Source: an uncultured Lachnospiraceae bacterium
GTDB taxonomy: Bacteria > Bacillota > Clostridia > Lachnospirales > Lachnospiraceae
Direction of reading: 5' to 3'
Assembly (NCBI GenBank): GCA_944381635.1
Contig: CALWLY010000017.1
Location: forward strand, 15,026 to 79,025
DNA: 64,000 bases
This document shows positions 1 to 8,922 of this stretch, in pieces. Under the pieces are notes generated by a model. The model was not told the DNA's origin and made no database searches. It saw nothing but the letters and a program-made list of their open reading frames with translations. The position numbers and the translations under genes were made by a program. Each line of letters opens with the position of its first letter. Within the stretch, counting starts at the first letter, position 1.

Positions 1-1
1 T

Positions 2-562
2 GCACTCTGGTCAGCAGTGTTGTATTTCTTCTTCCAGCTGGCGTCGGTTTCCGTTATGTATCAGCATATGGAACCTGTTACAGATAAAAAACAGATCAAT
101 CGGGCGGCAGTGGGAATGTTTGTCTGCAATTTCCTCGCCATGGAACTTTCTATTATAGGTCTTTTGGCAGTTGCTTTTTTACCGGCTCTTGCCACTGCTT
201 CGGTTCCCATGCTGATTCTGGTGGAAAACGGAGTTGGTGCATCCATACTGACGCCGATCATTTCATTGCTTATCATATTAGGAGCAGTATCTACTGCGGT
301 AAATATGATTTCCGGTATTGTCACCCGTTGTGTTAACGCTGTGGAGCGCAGGATTGCATCTGCAGAAAAGAGAAAAAAAGGACATTTGGCCCGCAATGCG
401 GTATTTACGCTGATCTTTACGTTTCTTGCATTTGCCATCGCACAGTTTGGTCTGATGGCAGTGGTAAGCAAGGGGTATGCATACCTTGGATATGCAGCTT
501 TCATTACGCTGTTTATTCCGTTCGTTATTCATGCCATTGCCACAAAAGGAAAGGAAATCTAA
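2..562 (+). CDS. integral membrane protein, C-terminal part (5' end lies outside the window)
   Basis: The reading frame is open from base 2. The translation is hydrophobic with several predicted TM helices, and a hairpin terminator follows. No confident family assignment. Confidence 0.55.
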   Translation, partial: ALWSAVLYFFFQLASVSVMYQHMEPVTDKKQINRAAVGMFVCNFLAMELSIIGLLAVAFLPALATASVPMLILVENGVGASILTPIISLLIILGAVSTAVNMISGIVTRCVNAVERRIASAEKRKKGHLARNAVFTLIFTFLAFAIAQFGLMAVVSKGYAYLGYAAFITLFIPFVIHAIATKGKEI

Positions 563-630
563 TGATGCCGGAGCCAAAATTATTTGTCCCAAATATCGTC
601 TGATTCAAAAACATTGTACACTTTAAATTA

Positions 631-676
631 AAAAAAAGTGCTGCCTGGAATGTGAATTTCTGGCAGCACTTTTTTT
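631..676. terminator. bidirectional intrinsic terminator between the membrane protein gene and gltD
   Basis: A-run, stem AGTGCTGCC ... GGCAGCACT, then T-run. It lies between convergent genes. Confidence 0.75.
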
Positions 677-2159
677 AAAGATTGCTGTAGCCCATGAGGG
701 ATTCGTCTATAGCTTTGGCGGCAGCCATTCCTTCTGAAACAGCCCATACCACAAGAGACTGTCCCCGGTGTGTATCACCGGCAGCAAAGACAGGTTCCAC
801 GTTCGTCTGGTAGGAATCCGGGAAGGTAAAAATGTTGCCTCTTTCGTTAAGTTTTACGCCGAAACTGTCTGCAAGATAAGCTTCGCTTCCAAGAAAGCCT
901 GCGGCGATCAACACAAGATCTGCAGGAATTTCCCGTTCGCTTCCTTCTACAGGTTCCATCAGAAGTCTTCCGGTTTTTTCATCTTTTCGGGGACTTAGAT
1001 TTACAAGTACGGCAGCACAGACTTTTCCGGAAGCATCTTTTTTAAATTCCTTTACGGTGGTCTGATAGATTCGGGGGTCTTCTCCGAAAACAGCGGCAGC
1101 TTCTTCCTGTCCGTAGTCGGTTTTTAAGACTTTGGGCCATTCCGGCCAGGGATTGGATTCGCTTCTCTTAACGGGTGGTTTCGGCATCATTTCCAGCTGT
1201 GTAACGCTGGCGGCATGAAGGCGAAGTGTGGTTCCCACGCAGTCATTTCCCGTATCGCCGCCGCCTATGACTACCACATGCTTATCTTCCGCAAGCTCAT
1301 AGGGAACTTTGGAAAAATCGCTGTCAAGCAGTGTTTGTGTCACCTGAGACAGGAAATCTACGGCAAAGAAAATACCTTTTGCGTCCCGGCCGGGAACTGA
1401 AATGTCTCTTGGCCTGGATGCTCCTGCTGCGAGAAGAATCCGGTCGAAGTCAGAAAGAAGTTCTTGTCCGGAGATATCTTTCCCTATATTGACGCCGCAG
1501 CGAAACGTAATTCCGGATTCTTCCATGAGACGGATTCTTCTTGCCACAATGGATTTTTCCAGCTTCATGTTGGGGATTCCATAGAGGAGAAGTCCTCCGG
1601 GGCGGTCGCTTCGCTCGTATACCGTCACAAGATGGCCGCGTCTGTTTAAACAGATGGCAGCAGCCAGACCTGCCGGGCCGCTTCCGATGACGGCGACACG
1701 TTTTCCGGTGCGTATTTTTGGCTTATCAGCCTTAACAAGTTCGTTTGCAAAGGCGTATTCTATCACTTTTCTTTCGTTTTCCTTTGTGGATACCGCAGAT
1801 TCGTGAAGACCGCAGGTACAGGCTGCTTCGCAGAGGGCGGGGCAGACTCTTGAGGTAAATTCCGGCAGGCAATGGGTTTTGGAAAGGCGAAGATAGGCCT
1901 GTTCCCAGTTTCCATGCCAAACCAGATCGTTGATTTCCGGCACCAGATTGTGAAGAGGGCAGCCGGAAGCCATGCCTGCAAGAAGCAGGCCGGACTGACA
2001 GAAAGGAATTCCGCAGTCCATACATCTTGCTCCCTGAAGGCGCTGTTCTTCATCAGAGAGCGTTCCATGAAATTCCTGAAAATTTTTAATTCGCTGCAGG
2101 GGAGGGAGAACTTCCCCGTTTTTTCTCTCATATTCTAAAAAACCTGTGGATTTTCCCAT
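675..2159 (-). CDS. gltD: glutamate synthase (NADPH) small subunit
   Basis: The translation has the GltD N-terminal Fe-S region (CMDCGIPFC ... CPLHN) and two dinucleotide-binding motifs (VAVIGSGPAGLAAA, VVVIGGGDTGNDC). I chose the start MGKSTGF at 2159, which has GGAG 7 nt upstream, over the ORF-track start at 2195. Confidence 0.93.
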   Translation of the reverse strand: MGKSTGFLEYERKNGEVLPPLQRIKNFQEFHGTLSDEEQRLQGARCMDCGIPFCQSGLLLAGMASGCPLHNLVPEINDLVWHGNWEQAYLRLSKTHCLPEFTSRVCPALCEAACTCGLHESAVSTKENERKVIEYAFANELVKADKPKIRTGKRVAVIGSGPAGLAAAICLNRRGHLVTVYERSDRPGGLLLYGIPNMKLEKSIVARRIRLMEESGITFRCGVNIGKDISGQELLSDFDRILLAAGASRPRDISVPGRDAKGIFFAVDFLSQVTQTLLDSDFSKVPYELAEDKHVVVIGGGDTGNDCVGTTLRLHAASVTQLEMMPKPPVKRSESNPWPEWPKVLKTDYGQEEAAAVFGEDPRIYQTTVKEFKKDASGKVCAAVLVNLSPRKDEKTGRLLMEPVEGSEREIPADLVLIAAGFLGSEAYLADSFGVKLNERGNIFTFPDSYQTNVEPVFAAGDTHRGQSLVVWAVSEGMAAAKAIDESLMGYSNL

Positions 2160-2227
2160 ATTCATCTCCATTCCGCCGCCTTTGGCTGGCGGCACAAATA
2201 GTAATAAAAGTTCTGCTTCCTTTCAAA

Positions 2228-5200
2228 CTAGTCTTCCTGTTTATTTTGGATGCTGGCGTAGAAGGCTTCGATCTGTGCTTCCTCGGGGCTCATTCCCTGT
2301 TCTTCAAACTGAGAGGAAAGAACCGTCAGACGTCTGTAATCTTCCGGAATGATTTTTTTAAATTTAGGCAGATAGTTTTCAAAATCAGCCAGAATTCTTT
2401 TTCCTTTTTCAGAACCTGTGTGAGTCACATGAGCCTGAATGAGGCGGTACAGCTCCTCCTTGTCGCAGCGGTTTTCCACTTTTTCCATGGAAACCATTTC
2501 TTTGTTCAGACAACGGTAAAAATGATTGTCCTCATCAAGTACATAGGCGATTCCGCCGCTCATGCCTGCGGCAAAATTTTTTCCGCAGGGACCGAGAACC
2601 ACCACGCGTCCTCCGGTCATATATTCACAGCCATGTTCTCCCACACCTTCCACAACGGCGGTAACTCCGGAGTTGCGGACACAGAACCGCTCTCCGCATA
2701 TGCCGTTGATATAGGCTTCTCCGGAAGTGGCGCCGTAAAGAGCCACATTTCCCACAATGATGTTATCTTCGGCCGGAAATAAGGATTTCGGGGAAGGATA
2801 CACAATGAGTTTTCCTCCGGAAAGACCTTTGCCGAAGTAATCGTTGCTGTCACCGCAGAGTGTGAGAGTAAGGCCTTTGGGGATGAACGCACCGAAACTC
2901 TGACCGCCGGAACCCTGGCAGGAGACGGTTATGGTATCATCGGGCAGTCCTTTTGGATAGTTTCTTGTAATCTCTGAACCGAGCAAAGTGCCGAAAGTTC
3001 GGTCCGTATTCGTCAGCGTGACTGAAATCTGGGATTTGCTGCCGTTTGCAAGGGAAGCCTGTATTTTTCTGTTTTTGAGCAAAATGGACTCGTCTTTTGT
3101 TTTTTCCAGTTCAAAGTCGTAGGCAAGAGCAGGGTCAAAACATACATTGCCTGTCTTTTTGGAAAATTCTCCGTCAAGAATACGGCTTAAATCCAGTTTG
3201 GCATGATCTTCTTTTAAATTCTCTTTTTTCTTTAACAGTTCGGAGTGTCCCACCATTTCATCCACAGTTGCAAAACCTAATTTTGCCATGTATTCCCGCA
3301 GCTGACGGGCAATAAAGCGCATGAAATTTTCTACATATTCCGGTTTTCCGGCAAAGCGTTTTCTCAGCTCCGGATTTTGGGTGGCAATACCTACAGGACA
3401 GGTATCCTGACTGCAGACGCGCATCATCACACAGCCCAGAGCTACCAAAGGAGCGGTGGCAAAGCCGAATTCCTCCGCGCCTAAGAGAGCCGCAATGGCC
3501 ACATCCCTGCCGCTCATAAGTTTGCCGTCAGCCTCTAATACTACCCGGTTTCTGAGTCCGTTCTGTAAAAGCGTCTGGTGAGTTTCTGCAAGTCCAAGCT
3601 CCCAGGGAAGTCCTGCGTTGTGTATGGAACTTAACGGGGCCGCGCCGGTTCCGCCGTCATAACCGGAGATTAAAATAACCTGAGCTCCCGCCTTGGCAAC
3701 ACCTGCGGCCACTGTGCCTACGCCGGTCTCCGAAACCAGTTTCACGGATATGCGGGCGTATTTGTTGGCATTTTTCAGGTCGTAGATCAACTGGGCAAGA
3801 TCTTCGATAGAATAAATATCGTGATGAGGCGGGGGAGAGATCAGACTTACGCCCGGCGTGGAATGTCTTGTTTTGGCAATCCAGGGATAAACCTTTTTGG
3901 CGGGAAGATGACCGCCCTCCCCGGGTTTTGCCCCCTGGGCCATCTTGATCTGAATTTCTTTTGCGCTTACAAGATAGCGGCTGGTAACACCGAAACGTCC
4001 GCTGGCAACCTGTTTGATGGCGGAGCTTTTGTCAAGGGCAGTGCCTGCGCTCTCAAGCCGTTCTTCACTTTCGCCGCCTTCCCCGCTGTTGGATTTGCCG
4101 TGCAGACGGTTCATGGCAATGGCCAGTGTCTCGTGGGCTTCCTGGGAGATAGACCCGTAAGACATAGCGCCTGTTTTAAAACGTTTTACGATAGAATCCT
4201 CGCTTTCCACAAGGGATAAGTCAATTCCTTTCCCGGGATAGGCAAAATCCATAAGGCTGCGCAGATAACCGGTATCTTCCCCGTCGACAAGGCGGGTGTA
4301 TTCTTTAAATTTCTCATAGTCACCCTCACGCACGGATTGCTGGAGAAGATGGATGGTCTGAGGATTGTAACGGTGTTTTTCTCCCTGGCTTCTCAATTTA
4401 TGACGTCCCATGGAGGAAAGAGTCAGGTCGCTGTCAAGTCCCAGCGGATCAAAGGCTTTGGAGTGCTGTGCATCTGCGGCCGCACCGATATCTTTTAAGG
4501 TAATGCCTCCTACGCGGCTTACGGTTCCGGTAAAATAACGCTCTGTCACGTCGCTGGAAATGCCCACAGCTTCAAAAATCTGGCTTCCAAGATAAGATTG
4601 GATCGTAGAGATTCCCATTTTGGAAGCAATTTTTACAATGCCGGAGAGAATAGCGTGATCATAATCGGAAACAGCGGCATAATAATCTTTGGCAAGCAGG
4701 CCTTCCCTGCAAAGCTGAGCTATGGAGGCATGGGCCAGATAGGGATTTACGGCGCAGGCTCCGTAGCCTAACAGTGTGGCAAAGTCATGAACCTCTCTGG
4801 GTTCTGCGGATTCCAGCAAAATGGAAAGAGCGGTTCGTTTCTTTGTTTTTACCAGATGTTTATGGACGGCGGACACTGCAAGCAGAGAGGGAAGAGCCAC
4901 ATGATTCTCATCTACGCCTCGGTCAGAAAGAATCAGTATGTTGGCGCCGTCCCGGTAAGCTTTGTCCACCTCCACAAAAAGATGTTCCAGAACTCTTTGA
5001 ATAGGCGTGCTTTTGTAGTAGAGAATGGAAACGCAGGCCGCTTTCAGGCCGGGCCGGTTTACATGTTTGATCTTGAGCATATCAAGGTCTGTGAGAATCG
5101 GATGATTGATTTTCAGTACCCGGCAGTTTTCCGGATTTTCCTGTAAAAGATTGCCGTCCTTTCCTACATACACGGTAGTTGAGGTCACAATTTTCTCACG

Positions 5201-6781
5201 CACCGCATCAATGGGAGGATTGGTAACCTGTGCGAAAAGCTGTTTGAAATAATAAAACAGAGGCTGGTATTCTCCGGAGAGAGCGGCAATAGGTGTGTCT
5301 ACCCCCATGGCGCCAATCTGTTCAGAGCCGTTTAAAGCCATGGAATAGATGCTGTTTCGGTATTCTTCATAGGTGTACCCGAAAGCTTTCTGCAAACGGG
5401 AACGCTGCTCGTCGGTAAAAACAGGTATTTTTTCATTGGGTATCTTCAAATCAGTTAAAGAAACCAGGTTGGTATCCAGCCATTCTCCGTACGGGGATTT
5501 TCCGGAATAGGTTTCTTTTACTTTTTCATCGTCAAGAACTTCTCCCTTTACCATATCTACAAGAAGCATTTTTCCGGGATGCAGTCTTTCTTTTTTCAGG
5601 ATATGTTCTTCCGGAAGGTTCAAAACGCCTACCTCGGAAGCAAGAATAAGCCTGTCGTCATCCATCAGATAATAACGGGACGGACGCAGACCGTTGCGGT
5701 CAAGCACAGCGCCCATAACTTCACCATCCGAAAACAGGATGGAAGCAGGGCCGTCCCAGGGCTCCATCATGGTGGCATAATACTGGTAAAAGTCTTTTCT
5801 TTCCTGAGAGAGCGTGTCGTTATGGCTCCAGGGCTCCGGAATGGCAATCATAACGGCCAGAGGCAGAGGAAGACCGCTCATCACAAGAAATTCCAGGGTA
5901 TTATCAAGCATGGCAGAGTCGGAACCTTCTGTGTTTACAACGGGCAGGATTTTGGTCATGTCTTCCGCACTGAAGGCGGACGTTTTCATTGTTTCTTCTC
6001 TGGCAAGCATCTTGTCGGCATTGCCTTTTATCGTATTTATCTCTCCGTTATGTACAATAAAACGGTTTGGATGAGCCCGTTCCCAGCTTGGGTTGGTGTT
6101 TGTGGAAAAACGGGAATGCACCATAGCCACAGCCGATTTATAGTCAGGATCCTGCAGGTCGGCAAAAAAAGTGCGGAGCTGATCTACCAGAAACATACCT
6201 TTGTAGACGATGGTGCGGCTGGAAAGAGAAGGCACATAGGTGTTGTCGTTGCTTTGTTCGAAAACCCGGCGCACAAGGTAAAGCTTTCGGTCAAAATCAA
6301 GACCTTTTCCGGTTGTTTCCGGTCTCTTTACAAATCCCTGGCAGATAACAGGCATACAGTCCTTTGCCTTCTGGCCTAAAACTTCCGGATGAACGGGAAC
6401 TTTCCGCCAGCCCAGAAACTGCATTCCTTCTTTTTCCACGATGATCTCAAACATTTTTTTTGCCTGGCTTCGTTTGAGTTCATTGGCAGGAAAGAAAAAC
6501 ATACCGACTCCGTAGTCCCCTTCTTCTCCGATGGAAATGGAAGATAGGGGACAGATTTTTTTGAAGAAATCATGAGAGATCTGTGTGAGAATACCCACGC
6601 CGTCTCCGGTTTTTCCTTCCGCATCTTTTCCGGCGCGATGCTCCAGATTTTCCACAATCTTAAGCGCGTCATCCACCACAGAGTGGCTCTTTATTCCTTT
6701 TATATTCACAACGGCTCCGATACCGCAGTTATCGTGTTCAAATGAAGGACTGTAAAGTCCGGATACCTTTGGTTGGCTCAT
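2228..6781 (-). CDS. gltB: glutamate synthase large subunit
   Basis: About 1517 aa with the N-terminal amidotransferase Cys (HDNCGIGAV), an FMN/Fe-S central domain and a C-terminal GXGXG domain. The start MSQPK at 6781 is 8 nt after AGGAGG. Confidence 0.95.
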   Translation of the reverse strand: MSQPKVSGLYSPSFEHDNCGIGAVVNIKGIKSHSVVDDALKIVENLEHRAGKDAEGKTGDGVGILTQISHDFFKKICPLSSISIGEEGDYGVGMFFFPANELKRSQAKKMFEIIVEKEGMQFLGWRKVPVHPEVLGQKAKDCMPVICQGFVKRPETTGKGLDFDRKLYLVRRVFEQSNDNTYVPSLSSRTIVYKGMFLVDQLRTFFADLQDPDYKSAVAMVHSRFSTNTNPSWERAHPNRFIVHNGEINTIKGNADKMLAREETMKTSAFSAEDMTKILPVVNTEGSDSAMLDNTLEFLVMSGLPLPLAVMIAIPEPWSHNDTLSQERKDFYQYYATMMEPWDGPASILFSDGEVMGAVLDRNGLRPSRYYLMDDDRLILASEVGVLNLPEEHILKKERLHPGKMLLVDMVKGEVLDDEKVKETYSGKSPYGEWLDTNLVSLTDLKIPNEKIPVFTDEQRSRLQKAFGYTYEEYRNSIYSMALNGSEQIGAMGVDTPIAALSGEYQPLFYYFKQLFAQVTNPPIDAVREKIVTSTTVYVGKDGNLLQENPENCRVLKINHPILTDLDMLKIKHVNRPGLKAACVSILYYKSTPIQRVLEHLFVEVDKAYRDGANILILSDRGVDENHVALPSLLAVSAVHKHLVKTKKRTALSILLESAEPREVHDFATLLGYGACAVNPYLAHASIAQLCREGLLAKDYYAAVSDYDHAILSGIVKIASKMGISTIQSYLGSQIFEAVGISSDVTERYFTGTVSRVGGITLKDIGAAADAQHSKAFDPLGLDSDLTLSSMGRHKLRSQGEKHRYNPQTIHLLQQSVREGDYEKFKEYTRLVDGEDTGYLRSLMDFAYPGKGIDLSLVESEDSIVKRFKTGAMSYGSISQEAHETLAIAMNRLHGKSNSGEGGESEERLESAGTALDKSSAIKQVASGRFGVTSRYLVSAKEIQIKMAQGAKPGEGGHLPAKKVYPWIAKTRHSTPGVSLISPPPHHDIYSIEDLAQLIYDLKNANKYARISVKLVSETGVGTVAAGVAKAGAQVILISGYDGGTGAAPLSSIHNAGLPWELGLAETHQTLLQNGLRNRVVLEADGKLMSGRDVAIAALLGAEEFGFATAPLVALGCVMMRVCSQDTCPVGIATQNPELRKRFAGKPEYVENFMRFIARQLREYMAKLGFATVDEMVGHSELLKKKENLKEDHAKLDLSRILDGEFSKKTGNVCFDPALAYDFELEKTKDESILLKNRKIQASLANGSKSQISVTLTNTDRTFGTLLGSEITRNYPKGLPDDTITVSCQGSGGQSFGAFIPKGLTLTLCGDSNDYFGKGLSGGKLIVYPSPKSLFPAEDNIIVGNVALYGATSGEAYINGICGERFCVRNSGVTAVVEGVGEHGCEYMTGGRVVVLGPCGKNFAAGMSGGIAYVLDEDNHFYRCLNKEMVSMEKVENRCDKEELYRLIQAHVTHTGSEKGKRILADFENYLPKFKKIIPEDYRRLTVLSSQFEEQGMSPEEAQIEAFYASIQNKQED

Positions 6782-6797
6782 TTTCATTTCCTCCTTG

Positions 6798-8435
6798 TTA
6801 TGGCAGTTTCGTTTTGGCCGGTTCTTCCTGTGTGTGTTCATTTTTCAAGGCTGCGGCAATAAAGCCCTGAAACAGCGGATGCGCCCGGTTGGGTCGGGAC
6901 TTAAATTCCGGATGCGCCTGCGTGGCGATAAAGAAGGGGTGACCGGAAAGCTCGGCAATTTCAGCAATCTTTCCATCCGGAGAAAGGCCCGACAATAAAA
7001 GACCGTACTCTGAAAATAGGCTGCGATAGGCGTTGTTGACTTCATAACGGTGTCTGTGACGCTCAAAAATAAGGTCTTTATGATAAAGTTCGCTGGCAAG
7101 GCTTCCTTTTCTCAAAACGCAGGGATAAGATCCCAGCCGGAGCGTGCCGCCGATGTCTGTAACGTCGTTTTGGTCGGGCATAAGGGAAATCACAGGGTGA
7201 GGGGTTTCCGGGCAGAATTCCGTGCTGTCTGCTTCTTTTAAGCCAATTACATTTCTGGCAAATTCTATTACGGCAAGCTGCATGCCAAGGCAGATGCCCA
7301 GAAAAGGAACGCCGTGCGTTCTTGCATAGGTGACAGCCAGCATCTTTCCGGCACAGCCTCTTATGCCGAAACCTCCGGGAACTAAAATTCCGTTCACATC
7401 GTGAAGATAGCTTTCTGTGTTTTCCGGCGTCAGTTCTTCAGCATCCACCCATCGGATATTGACGATGGTATGGTTGGCAATTCCGCCGTGCTTTAAAGCT
7501 TCCACTACGCTTAAGTAAGCATCGTGAAGGCTTACATATTTTCCTACAAGAGCAATGGTAACGCTTGCTTTGGGAGAATGCATGGCGTTTACCATGGAAA
7601 TCCAGTCGGAAAGTTCCGGAGCGGGGCAGGGAAGATGCAGGCACTCACAGGCGGCCTGTGCAAGCTTTTCTTTTTCCATCATAAGAGGCACTTCATAAAG
7701 CGAGGAGGCATCCAGGTTCTGAAGCACATGTTCTTTTTTTACATTGCAGAACAGTGAGATTTTTTCCCTGATATCATCATCAAGTTCTTTATCGGAACGA
7801 CAGACAAGAATATCCGGCCAAAGGCCCATACCCTGAAGCTCTTTGACGCTCATCTGTGTTGGCTTTGTCTTCATCTCGCCGGAGGCTTTGATATAGGGAA
7901 TGAGAGTGACATGGATCAAAATAGCATTTTCCCGACCCATTTCGTGCTGAAACTGACGTATGGCCTCCAGAAAAGGCTGGCTTTCGATATCGCCCACCGT
8001 TCCGCCTACCTCAATAATGGAAATAGTCTGTTCATCCGGGCTTTTTTCCCGATAAAACAACGATTTGATTTCGTTGGTAATATGGGGAATTACCTGAACG
8101 GTTCCACCGCCGTAATCCCCTCTGCGTTCCTTTGACAGGACACTCCAGTATATTTTTCCGGTGGTCACATTGGAATTATGGTCCAGATTTTCATCGATAA
8201 ATCTTTCATAATGTCCAAGGTCTAAATCTGTTTCCGTGCCGTCGTCCGTGACAAAGACTTCTCCGTGCTGGATCGGATTCATAGTTCCCGGATCCACATT
8301 AATGTAGGGGTCCAGCTTCTGCATGGTTACATGATACCCTCTGGCCTTTAAGAGCCGCCCCAGGGAAGCTGCGGTGATGCCTTTTCCCAGTCCGGAAACA
8401 ACTCCTCCTGTTACAAAAATATACTTTACTGCCAT
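6798..8435 (-). CDS. pyrG: CTP synthase
   Basis: [21 protein letters not shown]-terminus and a C-terminal glutamine amidotransferase domain (GICLGMQ). RBS is AAAGGAGAA. The stop lies only 16 nt before the gltB start, so the two are probably co-transcribed. Confidence 0.96.
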   Translation of the reverse strand: MAVKYIFVTGGVVSGLGKGITAASLGRLLKARGYHVTMQKLDPYINVDPGTMNPIQHGEVFVTDDGTETDLDLGHYERFIDENLDHNSNVTTGKIYWSVLSKERRGDYGGGTVQVIPHITNEIKSLFYREKSPDEQTISIIEVGGTVGDIESQPFLEAIRQFQHEMGRENAILIHVTLIPYIKASGEMKTKPTQMSVKELQGMGLWPDILVCRSDKELDDDIREKISLFCNVKKEHVLQNLDASSLYEVPLMMEKEKLAQAACECLHLPCPAPELSDWISMVNAMHSPKASVTIALVGKYVSLHDAYLSVVEALKHGGIANHTIVNIRWVDAEELTPENTESYLHDVNGILVPGGFGIRGCAGKMLAVTYARTHGVPFLGICLGMQLAVIEFARNVIGLKEADSTEFCPETPHPVISLMPDQNDVTDIGGTLRLGSYPCVLRKGSLASELYHKDLIFERHRHRYEVNNAYRSLFSEYGLLLSGLSPDGKIAEIAELSGHPFFIATQAHPEFKSRPNRAHPLFQGFIAAALKNEHTQEEPAKTKLP

Positions 8436-8454
8436 AGTTTTTCTCCTTTTCCTG

Positions 8455-8504
8455 TCAAATAAAAAAGGCGTCAGAAAGACTCTGATAAGTCTTCTGACGC
8501 CTTT
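8455..8504 (-). terminator. intrinsic terminator inside the pyrG-gltBD leader (attenuator)
   Basis: Minus strand reads AAAGGCGTCAGAAGAC-loop-GTCTTTCTGACGCCTTT followed by TTTATTT. It ends about 20 nt before the pyrG RBS. Confidence 0.7.
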
Positions 8505-8509
8505 GTCAA
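8494..8509 (-). promoter_or_regulatory. putative antiterminator hairpin TTGAC-AAAGGC-GTCAG (AAMGGC hexaloop family)
   Basis: 5-bp stem (one U.G pair) with hexaloop AAAGGC. The loop and 3' arm are the first 11 nt of the terminator's 5' arm. Confidence 0.55.
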
Positions 8510-8564
8510 CCTTATAAATTTAATCAGCGGAATACAAAATATTCCAAAGTCAAATACTTTTGCC

Positions 8565-8586
8565 CAGGTCAAATATATTTGACCTG
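8565..8586. promoter_or_regulatory. perfect 22-bp palindrome CAGGTCAAATATATTTGACCTG in the pyrG / GSIII divergent region (candidate operator)
   Basis: Read directly from the sequence. An extra direct half-site GTCAAATA lies at 8549-8556, 19 bp upstream of the one at 8568-8575. Confidence 0.3.
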
Positions 8587-8718
8587 TGATGCCGCCGGTT
8601 TTTTCATGTTTGTATGAAACACATAACCTTAAAACCTCAGCCTTTTAATATGCGTTTTACTATAAACCATGATTTGGCGGTTGTAAAGGGGTTTTTACCA
8701 AAAATTTTGGAAAACGGG

Positions 8719-8746
8719 TTGACAGGAAGAAAAAAAGGAGTATACT
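8719..8746 (+). promoter_or_regulatory. sigma-A type promoter of the GSIII-glmS operon
   Basis: TTGACA, 16-nt spacer, TATACT. The hairpin at 8757 starts about 4 nt after the expected transcription start. Confidence 0.55.
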
Positions 8747-8756
8747 ACAAAACCAT

Positions 8757-8772
8757 AAAGCAACGGCGCTTT
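8757..8772 (+). promoter_or_regulatory. putative antiterminator hairpin AAAGC-AACGGC-GCTTT (AAMGGC hexaloop family)
   Basis: 5-bp stem with hexaloop AACGGC. The loop and 3' arm overlap the terminator's 5' arm AACGGCGCTTTGG. Confidence 0.55.
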
Positions 8773-8801
8773 GGAGAAATCCGAAGTGCCGTTTTTTATT
8801 T
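8762..8801 (+). terminator. intrinsic terminator in the GSIII-glmS leader (attenuator)
   Basis: 13-bp stem AACGGCGCTTTGG / CCGAAGTGCCGTT (two G.U pairs), loop AGAAAT, then TTTTTTATTT. It lies about 120 nt upstream of the start codon. Confidence 0.7.
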
Positions 8802-8922
8802 CATTGAAAAGCTATGCTGCATTAAAGTGCAAAAGAGCTGCCTTTTCTATGAAATAAAAACGCTCCGCTGTGGATGCGCACTTTTTATACAGCAGGCGGC
8901 GGATAAAGAAAGGAGAATGAAT

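Noticed and set aside
8461-8520. B. subtilis-type pyrG reiterative-transcription attenuator (GGGC start, pyrimidine-rich 5' terminator arm)
   Set aside because: A terminator is present, but I see no GGGC initiation region, and the 5' arm is purine-rich. The structure matches the window's AAAGGC family better.
8614-8922. In-frame 100-codon N-terminal extension of the GSIII ORF, as given in the ORF track
   Set aside because: The extension runs through a consensus promoter and an intrinsic terminator and has no RBS. The GSIII N-terminal homology begins at MAVKIPQ (8923), which has AGGAG 7 nt upstream.
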